32,610 bases of DNA from Candidatus Anstonellaceae archaeon. Lineage in GTDB: Archaea; Micrarchaeota; Micrarchaeia; Anstonellales; Anstonellaceae. Under the pieces are notes generated by a model. It saw only the letters and a list, made by a program, of their open reading frames with translations. It searched no databases and had not been told where the DNA came from. Numbering within the stretch: position 1 is the stretch's first letter; each line of letters begins with the position of its first letter. The translations under genes were made by a program, and so were the position numbers. The stretch is from NCBI GenBank assembly GCA_046295675.1, contig JBKBMW010000001.1, positions 1 through 32,610 of the forward strand, in the 5' to 3' direction. Positions 24,408-31,959 of the stretch are shown here, piece by piece.

Positions 24408-25118
24408 TTATGTTTTTAGATATTTTTCAATTTCTTTTTCATTCAAAGGCACAAATTTTTTCTTTTCAGTAGTACAAACTGCAATCTCAATTGTCTTTGA
24501 ATCAATTCTTAATTCAGTATTTTTTCTTATTGCTTTTAGTGAAAGTGCAATTGCTTCATCTAGCTTAATTTTTTCATTATACTCCTTCTCCAGAAATTCT
24601 TCAACTTCTTTTTTATCTGCTCCAATTGCACATGCATTATAACCAGTGAGGGCTCCAGATGGTTCAGCTTCAAATACTCTGGGTTGTTCGTCTATTCCTG
24701 CAATCAAAAGAGAAACTCCAAATGGCCTAACTCCTCCATACTGGGTATATGCTTGCATCAAATCACAAAGTTCTTTTGCAACTGCTTCCACCTTAATTTT
24801 TTCCCCATATGCTATTTCATGGCGTTGAGCCTCAAGTCTTGCATTATCTACTAATCTTCTTGCATCTGCAATAAGCCCTGCTGCAGTGGCTGCTATATGG
24901 TTATCAATTTCAAATATTTTTTTTACAGATTCTGGAACTATTAATTTTGAAGGAGCATTTTTATGTGCTACCAAGCATACTCCATCCTCAGCCACTATCC
25001 CAATAGCAGTAGAGCCTCTTTTTACTGCTTCTTTTGCATATTCCACTTGGAACAATCTGCCATCAGGAGAAAAAATCGTAATTGCTCTATCATAGCCTTG
25101 TGTTGCTGCCGGATACAT
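24408..25118 (-). CDS. psmA: proteasome alpha subunit
   Basis: YDRAITIFSPDGRLFQVEYAKEAVKRGSTAIG is the hallmark alpha-subunit N-terminus. A GAGGTGTGA Shine-Dalgarno precedes it. Confidence 0.95.
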   Translation of the reverse strand: MYPAATQGYDRAITIFSPDGRLFQVEYAKEAVKRGSTAIGIVAEDGVCLVAHKNAPSKLIVPESVKKIFEIDNHIAATAAGLIADARRLVDNARLEAQRHEIAYGEKIKVEAVAKELCDLMQAYTQYGGVRPFGVSLLIAGIDEQPRVFEAEPSGALTGYNACAIGADKKEVEEFLEKEYNEKIKLDEAIALSLKAIRKNTELRIDSKTIEIAVCTTEKKKFVPLNEKEIEKYLKT

Positions 25119-25200
25119 TTATCACACCTCTAATTTAAATAGGATACTCTTACCCTCTTTTCTATTTATTATTTAACTTAGGTAAATATTTAAACTATTA

Positions 25201-25220
25201 GGTTTTTATTGGTTTTTATT
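25201..25220. repeat. perfect tandem direct repeat, 2 x GGTTTTTATT
   Basis: Read directly from the sequence. It lies in the 171-nt region upstream of psmA. Confidence 0.9.
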
Positions 25221-25252
25221 AGAATTTTAAATACTAAACTATTTTATCAACT

Positions 25253-25274
25253 ATTAGATAATCATTAGATAATC
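25253..25274. repeat. perfect tandem direct repeat, 2 x ATTAGATAATC
   Basis: Read directly from the sequence. It is followed by a low-complexity TATACTAATACTATACTATA stretch, in the same intergenic region upstream of psmA. Confidence 0.9.
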
Positions 25275-25289
25275 TATACTAATACTATA

Positions 25290-27059
25290 CTATATCTTAT
25301 TTAACATCCAAATCACTATAACCATGGAGCCAACTATCAACAAAGGAACCATTATCTTTGTAATTGCTAACACTGCATTTAATGTAGCAGTGATTTCTAT
25401 AGTTTGATATGGTCCAATAACTTTTAGTTCAATTTGTTCTTTTCTCATATCAAAAAAAGCATCTTCTAATTTTTCATATGCTTCTTTTGATAGCATTAAG
25501 CAAATCTCAATCAATTTTTCTTTTTGGTTTTTTCCAGCAGGATTAAATACTCCAACCTTAGTATTGAGTTGATGGGTGTCAGTAGTAAATACTTCTACCA
25601 TTTCTGTTTTTGAAAATTCTTTACTTATTTTTTCAATTATTTCCTCCCTTACTTCCCCCAAAATAGAGTTTGAATCCAATACTATCCAAAAATTAGGTTT
25701 ATTATTTTCTCCTTGCATGCAGAGTACTTTTATCCCTCCAAAACCAATTCCTTCTATATCCTCTGGATAAAATGCAGCTGTTCCAATCCTCATTTTTGTT
25801 AAAAAAGATTTTTGTTTTAAACAAAGCTTTAAGGTATGAAGCATATCCATAGCACTCGGTGAGCCAGGTTCTATATAATCTACACTCTCAGTTTCACAAT
25901 TATGGCAATCAATAACCAATGCTGTGGAAGTTTTTCTTTCCATATGCTCCATCAAAGCCCATCCTACAGCTAAATTTATATCTTCTGTAGAGTGTGGTGC
26001 TCGGCTGTAAGAGGCTATCATCGTATCATTTATTGTTAAAAGATAACAAATTGTCTCTCTATATTTTTTTTGTTTTAAATCAAAATAAGCAGGTCGATAT
26101 TTTAGTTTTTTAATTGCATCTTGACATTTTTTTACAACCATATTTATACTATCTGAACTCACAGGGTCCATGGAATGTGTAGCAGTGCCATGGAATACAA
26201 AAACCTCCTCTTTTGGAGTTTTTATCATCTGTTCTATTTTATAAGAAAATTCACTTCCACCAAGACTTCCAAAAGGTCCAAAATGAAAATATGGTACAAT
26301 TAGATATACTGTTTTTGTTTTTGTTTTAAAACCAGCAACACCTATCCACGTTTTAGCCATTTGCCCAAGTTCATCTAAAGCTTCCTCCATATCCTTTTCC
26401 TTATAAAGCCATTGTGAAAAAAACATTTCAATCATTTCGTTTGAACTCACATTAAGATTTTTTTTCAAAGGCCTTGAAATTATAAATAAAATAAGATAAA
26501 GAAGCACAAAAAAAGAGGCAACAGTCAAAATAATTTTGATAGCAATTTCGGTTTTTTCCAGTTTTATAAAAGAAAAAGTAAAACTAAAAAAAAGAAGATA
26601 TAACAAGAGCTGTGCACTAGCAAAAATAACAGCAGATTTTTTTAATCCAATTATCATATTAAGGCTAAAAAACCAAAGCAAAAAAGAAAATGCAAAACCA
26701 ACAAAGATTAAATTAAATGAAATCTGTCCAAAAATCGGTATTAATAAAAATGTTAATAAAATAAAAAAAAGATAATTAAGCATACCTAAAAAAGACAGAA
26801 AAAGAGCCTGATTTAATTTTATTTTTCTTCTAAAAATCTTTAATATTGCGGCGCTGATAAATGCAGGTAGGATTAACCCAATTAATCCAGCCCCTGCTCC
26901 ATAAAAAATTTCTTTTATTTCAAATTCTTTTATCAAAAAAAAATTTATTGCTATTCCACCAAAAACAGCAGTAATTATCATCAAAAAAATTATTTCTCTA
27001 GAAGGTGGTAATGAAATAAAATATTTTGTTATATCAAGCATTTTTTTTGCAGCTTCCAT
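25290..27059 (-). CDS. polytopic membrane protein with a large C-terminal soluble domain (possibly archaeal DUF2070/COG3356-like)
   Basis: The N-terminal ~200 aa hold 6-7 hydrophobic helices. The soluble part carries His/Asp-rich motifs (PYFHFGPFGSLGGSE, FHGTATHSMDP, VIDCHNCE, TTDTHQL), and a final TM (VPLLIVGSMVIVIWML) closes the protein. The family assignment is from memory only. I prefer the ATG at 27059 to the TTG at 27068. Confidence 0.5.
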   Translation of the reverse strand: MEAAKKMLDITKYFISLPPSREIIFLMIITAVFGGIAINFFLIKEFEIKEIFYGAGAGLIGLILPAFISAAILKIFRRKIKLNQALFLSFLGMLNYLFFILLTFLLIPIFGQISFNLIFVGFAFSFLLWFFSLNMIIGLKKSAVIFASAQLLLYLLFFSFTFSFIKLEKTEIAIKIILTVASFFVLLYLILFIISRPLKKNLNVSSNEMIEMFFSQWLYKEKDMEEALDELGQMAKTWIGVAGFKTKTKTVYLIVPYFHFGPFGSLGGSEFSYKIEQMIKTPKEEVFVFHGTATHSMDPVSSDSINMVVKKCQDAIKKLKYRPAYFDLKQKKYRETICYLLTINDTMIASYSRAPHSTEDINLAVGWALMEHMERKTSTALVIDCHNCETESVDYIEPGSPSAMDMLHTLKLCLKQKSFLTKMRIGTAAFYPEDIEGIGFGGIKVLCMQGENNKPNFWIVLDSNSILGEVREEIIEKISKEFSKTEMVEVFTTDTHQLNTKVGVFNPAGKNQKEKLIEICLMLSKEAYEKLEDAFFDMRKEQIELKVIGPYQTIEITATLNAVLAITKIMVPLLIVGSMVIVIWMLNKI

Positions 27060-27069
27060 AACTACCAAA

Positions 27070-27297
27070 TTAGTATCTGCTTCTTTTTCCTTTTTTTATT
27101 GTTTGATTTTCCTTTTTTCTGTAATATTCTTTTACATTTTTTATAACTATTTCTTCAAGCATAAAAACATTTTTCACATATTCTTGTGCAATTTTTCTAA
27201 AAGGTATCTTTGTTTTTTTTGCCAGTTTAGTTAATTCTAATGTCAAATATCTAATTTCGCTGTTTATTTCTCCTCTTTCTGATTTTTCTTCTTCCAT
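27070..27297 (-). CDS. hypothetical small basic/helical protein
   Basis: A 75-aa ORF whose stop lies 10 nt before the ATG of the downstream membrane protein, which suggests co-transcription. I recognise no motif. Confidence 0.45.
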   Translation of the reverse strand: MEEEKSERGEINSEIRYLTLELTKLAKKTKIPFRKIAQEYVKNVFMLEEIVIKNVKEYYRKKENQTIKKGKRSRY

Positions 27298-27349
27298 AAT
27301 TAATTTTTATTCCTAAACTATTATAAATACTCGTATTTTTATTTTATAT

Positions 27350-27997
27350 GTGGCCAGGTACTGTCCAAAATGCGGTAAGATATCTTCTTCTATAAATATT
27401 TTAGGAGATTTTTGTTTAGAACATGGGCTAGAACAAAAATTTTCTTTTCCACAACCAAAAATAAAGTTTTTTTATTGTACTTCTTGTAAAAAAATTAAAA
27501 TTTTTTCAAAAGAAGAGAAAAAAATTTTATGGGTGGAAAAAGAAAGTAAAGAATTTTTTGACTTTTTGTTTCAAAAATTAAAAATCTTCAAAGAGCTCAA
27601 TATAAAGCATGCATATTTAAAAAATAATATTTTGCATTTTCAAATAGAAAACCTCTATCATTCCATCCACTTAAAGCTTATTTTTTCTCCTAGTTTTTGT
27701 GAACAATGTAAAAGAAAAAACTCAAGAGGCTTTAAATCAATTATTCAGTTGCGTGGTCCTAAAGAAAAGATCCAAGAATTTAAAAAATTTTTATCTAAAA
27801 ACTTTTCTTTTTACGATATTTTTATTATTAAAGAAGAAATGCTAAAAGAAGGAGAAAATTTATTTGTATCAGAAAAAGAAAAATTATTGCAGATTTTTTC
27901 AGAAAAGAAAATAAAATTTTTACGCACTTCAAAATTGGTTGGCCAAAGAAGAGATGGAAAAAAAATTTATTTAGATACTTTTTTAATCAGACTTTAA
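27350..27997 (+). CDS. nmd3: NMD3 family protein (N-terminal zinc-binding domain only)
   Basis: CPKCG...FCLEHG, YCTSCKK, and FCEQCKRKNSRGFKSIIQLRG, the last matching the NMD3 signature C..C.r...y.a.vQlR. It uses a GTG start. At 215 aa it is shorter than the archaeal NMD3 proteins I recall. Confidence 0.7.
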   Translation: MARYCPKCGKISSSINILGDFCLEHGLEQKFSFPQPKIKFFYCTSCKKIKIFSKEEKKILWVEKESKEFFDFLFQKLKIFKELNIKHAYLKNNILHFQIENLYHSIHLKLIFSPSFCEQCKRKNSRGFKSIIQLRGPKEKIQEFKKFLSKNFSFYDIFIIKEEMLKEGENLFVSEKEKLLQIFSEKKIKFLRTSKLVGQRRDGKKIYLDTFLIRL

Positions 27998-29383
27998 AAA
28001 ATTTCTCAAAGTTTCTTTTAGATATGCAATGGTTTTTTTAATATTTGGTAATTTTGGCTCAATCCCAATTCTTATTGCATAATTTTCAGTCAAAGGGCCT
28101 ATTGTTATGGGGGGATTTAAATTTTGCAAATAATCCTTCAACAAGATTGCTTTTTGTGGATTTTTTAGATGAAAAGAAATAATATCATCCACTGCATTAA
28201 ATCTATTTACATTAAAATAAATATTTTTTTCTTGATTTAAAAATTTTGTTATATCCTCTTTTTGTTCTGCAATTATTTTTTGAAATTCCCAAAAGTTTTG
28301 ATAGTTATCCTCAAGAGCATTTTTTAAACTAATAATCTCTGGTAATGAAATAAAAAAATATGGCTTGCCTTCATCATTTGCTTTTTTTAATATTTTTAAA
28401 TTTTCTTCCTCGCCTTCAAATTTAAATAGTTTTTGATAATAAAATTCTGTATTTTCCAATCTTTTTTTTATCAAAGAGTTCAACTCACTTTTTACTATGA
28501 ATGCTGCACTAACCATAGCCCCAAGTGCTTTATGTCCAACTATCATATATCCATCAGCCATTCTTATTATATTCTTTATTTTTTCATAACTCATTCGTCC
28601 TATAGCTTGCGCACCATCTACAAATACTAAAAGGTCTGGTCTTAAATCTCTTGTAATCTTAATTAAATCCTCTACTGGTAAAATTCTACCTGTCCTGCTT
28701 ACATGCAATAATAAAACAAAATCTATCCTGTTATCTTGTATCGCCCTATGGTATTGGTCAATTATTTCTGCATCTGAGCAATAAGTTAGATCTGGTTTAA
28801 ATATTTCTATTCTAATCAAATTATCTGGAATAGGTCTTTTTATATTAATCTTTTGTTTAGGAGGAGGGGCTTCAAATAATCCTATCTGTTGTTCAAAATT
28901 AGCTACAAATTTTCTTATTGTTTTACTTTCAAAAACCAAGGCAGCATAAACCAATCTTCCTTGATCAGAAAAGGTTAAAGATAGTTTTTCTTTCTTTTTA
29001 AAAATTTTTGCCATAGTGGAACAAAGCATAGAACCATTTGAATCAAAAATTATACTATACTCATTTGGTTTTAATTCAAAAATTTTTTTTATTTTGTTTC
29101 TAACACTTTCCACTCCTTGAGCCTGAAGTTGTGCAATCTCTTCAAATTCTTTTTTAGCATGCAAGTCTTTAATTTTTCTAAAATATTTTATGGCTTCTGT
29201 CCAATATTTTGGATAAGGCCTATTTATACCTGGGTTTGCAAGCCAATGCCTTGCAACCTCTCCCCATCTTTTATACCTTATTCCCATTTTTTTTGCCTTT
29301 TCTTTATTTGCTTCATATCTTCCAGTAAGATGCACTTTTTCAAAGTTAAAATTAGGAAGCTTTCTAATATTTTTATACCACAT
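27983..29383 (-). CDS. PLP-dependent aminotransferase class V-fold protein (cysteine desulfurase/epimerase-like, divergent)
   Basis: FVDGAQAIGRM matches the DaaQ..G motif, and MIVGHKALGAM supplies the HK PLP-lysine context. The N-terminal ~100 aa are atypical. Its 3' end overlaps nmd3 by 15 nt in convergent orientation. Confidence 0.6.
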   Translation of the reverse strand: MWYKNIRKLPNFNFEKVHLTGRYEANKEKAKKMGIRYKRWGEVARHWLANPGINRPYPKYWTEAIKYFRKIKDLHAKKEFEEIAQLQAQGVESVRNKIKKIFELKPNEYSIIFDSNGSMLCSTMAKIFKKKEKLSLTFSDQGRLVYAALVFESKTIRKFVANFEQQIGLFEAPPPKQKINIKRPIPDNLIRIEIFKPDLTYCSDAEIIDQYHRAIQDNRIDFVLLLHVSRTGRILPVEDLIKITRDLRPDLLVFVDGAQAIGRMSYEKIKNIIRMADGYMIVGHKALGAMVSAAFIVKSELNSLIKKRLENTEFYYQKLFKFEGEEENLKILKKANDEGKPYFFISLPEIISLKNALEDNYQNFWEFQKIIAEQKEDITKFLNQEKNIYFNVNRFNAVDDIISFHLKNPQKAILLKDYLQNLNPPITIGPLTENYAIRIGIEPKLPNIKKTIAYLKETLRNFLKSD

Positions 29384-29437
29384 ATTTATATTTTTAAAAA
29401 CATAAATTAATAAATCTTATCTTCAGAATTTATATTT

Positions 29438-30346
29438 ATGGAAAATGGTTTTTCCTTACAGCAAAAAAAATGTTCAAAACCATTTTTTACCAAAGAATTT
29501 TTACAAAAGATTAAAAACCAACCATTCCATCTTTCTACTTTATATATAGATTCACTTTCTACTGTTTTATCCCAATTTGAAATTAGATTTCTAAAAGCAT
29601 TTGCTTATTTTCTAAATAAAAAATATAATGAAGTAATAAATGAACTAAAAAACATTGTAAACAACCACTCTCCAATTTATATTTACCCTATTTATATCTA
29701 TAGCTTGTTAAAAGAAAACAAAGTAGCAAAGGCTTTGGATTTATGTCATAAAGCATTAAGCAAATCCAAATCTTCTTCACTTTTTTGGCTTACTGGAAGA
29801 GCATATCTTCAAAAAAAGAATATATCAAAGGCAATACATTTTTTGCTTAAAGCAAAGTCTTCCTGCCCACCTAAAGCCTCTATAAGAAAAGTTTTGATTT
29901 TAGCTGATCTTGGAAAAGCTTATACTAAGAAAAAAAATTATTCTAAAGCTTTGAAATATTTTTCCCAGGCTATTCATTTATATCCAAACTCTTTTATTCT
30001 TTTAAAGAGGCTAGGTATGTATTATTTCTCCCTAGCTTTCAACTCCCAAGAGCCTAAAGAAAAAGAAAAAAATTTTAAATTGGCAATAGAATATTTCTCT
30101 AAAGCCTTATTGCTAAGTTCGCAAAAAACTTCCACCTCCTTTTTATTTTTTAAATTAGGCCTTTGTAATTTTTATTTACAAAAATTTGAACAAGCTAAGC
30201 TATACTTTGAAAAAAGTTTAAATATGCAAGAAGAAAGCAATAAAATTTTACAATATACTAAAGCATATCTTAAATTTAGTGAATTTTTAAATCAGAAAAA
30301 CAAAGAAAATCTAAAGGGCCAAGACTGGGATTTGAACCCAGACTAA
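29438..30346 (+). CDS. TPR repeat protein
   Basis: There are at least 5 TPR-like 34-mers, for example LGKAYTKKKNYSKALKYFSQAIHLYPN and KLGLCNFYLQKFEQAKLYFEKSLNM. The last 30 nt read through the antisense of the tRNA-His gene, so the true C-terminus is uncertain. Confidence 0.7.
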   Translation: MENGFSLQQKKCSKPFFTKEFLQKIKNQPFHLSTLYIDSLSTVLSQFEIRFLKAFAYFLNKKYNEVINELKNIVNNHSPIYIYPIYIYSLLKENKVAKALDLCHKALSKSKSSSLFWLTGRAYLQKKNISKAIHFLLKAKSSCPPKASIRKVLILADLGKAYTKKKNYSKALKYFSQAIHLYPNSFILLKRLGMYYFSLAFNSQEPKEKEKNFKLAIEYFSKALLLSSQKTSTSFLFFKLGLCNFYLQKFEQAKLYFEKSLNMQEESNKILQYTKAYLKFSEFLNQKNKENLKGQDWDLNPD

Positions 30347-30425
30347 GGGAGCTTTGCAGCAGGCTGCTTATATTTAAGCAGAGGGCTTCCACAATCCCTT
30401 GTGCTGCCGTTACACCATCTTGGCC
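30317..30425 (-). tRNA. tRNA-His (anticodon GTG) with a 37-nt intron at the canonical 37/38 position (intron 30352-30388)
   Basis: The reverse strand reads G(-1) GCCAAGA TG GTGT AACGGCA GCAC A AGGGA TTGTGG [AAGCCCTCTGCTTAAATATAAGCAGCCTGCTGCAAAG] C TCCCT TAGT CTGGG TTCAAAT CCCAG TCTTGGC C. It has an 8-bp acceptor stem with G-1:C73 (the His identity element), GG in the D loop, a TTCAAAT T loop, and anticodon GTG (plus-strand cac, 30390-30392). No CCA is encoded. It is the only GC-rich island in this part of the window. Confidence 0.85.
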
Positions 30426-30599
30426 ATTCAATAATCTTCTTTATGATTAAGGTATTAATAATTTTTTCTTTTTATCAGCTATAAAAGCAAAATAAAATTT
30501 TTTTGTAGCAAATCTAGATTTTAGCTTTTTAGAAATTCAACAAATCTTTTACATCACATTTAAAACTTTTTCTTTCCAATTTATATTTGGTGGGTTAGT

Positions 30600-31754
30600 A
30601 TGAAATTTAAAGAATCAAGGTTTGCTGAAATAAAAAACAAAACACTAAATAATGCTAAAAAAACATTTATGGCTTTTTTTCTTGCAGGTAGTCTTTCTTT
30701 GGGGTTAAATAGCTGTACTACTGAGTGTGATGTTCTTAGATCCAGGATTAACTTAAAGACCCCTTTTATGGAAGAGTACCCATCAGTTTACGAAAAATAT
30801 TATAAAGAGCTAAAACCACAAGCTGATAGTTTGCTTAATTCTATTGAGATGAAAAAAACAAATTCTAAAGGACAAAGTCTAGATATAGAAAAAGAAAAAG
30901 AACAATTAAATCAGATAGTAACTCAATATAAAGATTTAAGTGAAATTTGTAAGTGTGGATCTAGAGAAGCCTGGGGAAAATTTAGAGATGATAATATTTC
31001 CGCTTATAATAGAAGATCCCTTTTTCTTTATCACTACATAGATGACAATCCCTCTCCAGATACATGGCATCTCTCTTCTGATTTGAAGGATCTTGCTAAC
31101 AGTTTTATGGACCTAAGTCGTAAAATAAAGACTAGTTCGTTAGCAATACCAATTATAATTAATTATTTTACCTCTACTAACCCTGATTCTGTTTTAGGAA
31201 AATTTATTTATAAGTACCTATTTTATTGTCAAGAAAAAGGAGAAGAAGAATTCAGCTCTAATTTAGAAAAATTAATTGTATTTCTAGCTGATTCTTCTAA
31301 TTCTAATTACCTTAAGGAGCTCGTTCTGGATAAGCTTCAAACCCAATCTAAATTTAGAGAAAATTTAAAAGAAGTATGTAAATACATTTCTCCTAAAGGT
31401 AAGAGTGTTCATGGGATTTATGATCTTTTTGATAGCCCGGATATTGAAATAAGAAGGAAATTTAAGGGTATTTCCCTAACAGGAGATCCCTCCATCGATG
31501 AAGAAGTTTTTGATGAACTTTCTCTCTTTGATTCAAAGAATCCTCTAAAATTAAGACTCCAGCTTAGCTTGTACAAAAATATACGCAAGAAGAGGTTTTT
31601 GTCTAATGACTCTTCTTTCATTAAAAAATGGAATGGTATCCTTAAAGCATTTGGCCTTACTGAAGATTCTCTGGAGGCTACGGAAAAACTTTTCCGTAAA
31701 GTTGGCCTTCCTAAAGATTCTCTGAACGAAAAAAACCTTACCCCTAAAAAATAA
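30600..31754 (+). CDS. hypothetical secreted or lipoprotein-like protein
   Basis: A GGTGGG Shine-Dalgarno precedes it. The N-terminus ...KKTFMAFFLAGSLSLGLNSC resembles a signal peptide with a lipobox-like L-N-S-C. The rest is helical and K/E-rich with no recognisable domain. Confidence 0.5.
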   Translation: MKFKESRFAEIKNKTLNNAKKTFMAFFLAGSLSLGLNSCTTECDVLRSRINLKTPFMEEYPSVYEKYYKELKPQADSLLNSIEMKKTNSKGQSLDIEKEKEQLNQIVTQYKDLSEICKCGSREAWGKFRDDNISAYNRRSLFLYHYIDDNPSPDTWHLSSDLKDLANSFMDLSRKIKTSSLAIPIIINYFTSTNPDSVLGKFIYKYLFYCQEKGEEEFSSNLEKLIVFLADSSNSNYLKELVLDKLQTQSKFRENLKEVCKYISPKGKSVHGIYDLFDSPDIEIRRKFKGISLTGDPSIDEEVFDELSLFDSKNPLKLRLQLSLYKNIRKKRFLSNDSSFIKKWNGILKAFGLTEDSLEATEKLFRKVGLPKDSLNEKNLTPKK

Positions 31755-31959
31755 ATTTTCCAAGTCAGGCAACCTTTTAAGAAAAATTAGTAAACAACTA
31801 CTTTAGATAAGAGGTAATCCAAGGGCTAATTTTTCTGTAGAGCTTTCTTTTAATCTAGCACTGTTTTTCCAAATTTTAAAATTAAACCTTAAACTTTTAT
31901 AGTTTTTATTTTCTTACTTTTCTCTCAACATTTAAAAATTTTCTTGAGATAAGTATTTT

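Noticed and set aside
25201-25274. Whether the tandem repeats could be a degenerate CRISPR array or a minisatellite.
   Set aside because: There are only two copies each of 10-11 nt units, with no spacer architecture and no cas genes. I report them as a possible regulatory repeat instead.
30317-30425. An alternative reading of the tRNA as an intron-less class II tRNA with a long variable arm, or with the anticodon stem formed by AGGGA and GCCCT.
   Set aside because: That pairing needs an A:G mismatch and leaves ~40 nt as an implausible variable region. Removing 37 nt gives a perfect AGGGA/TCCCT stem, a 4-nt variable loop and a canonical BHB.
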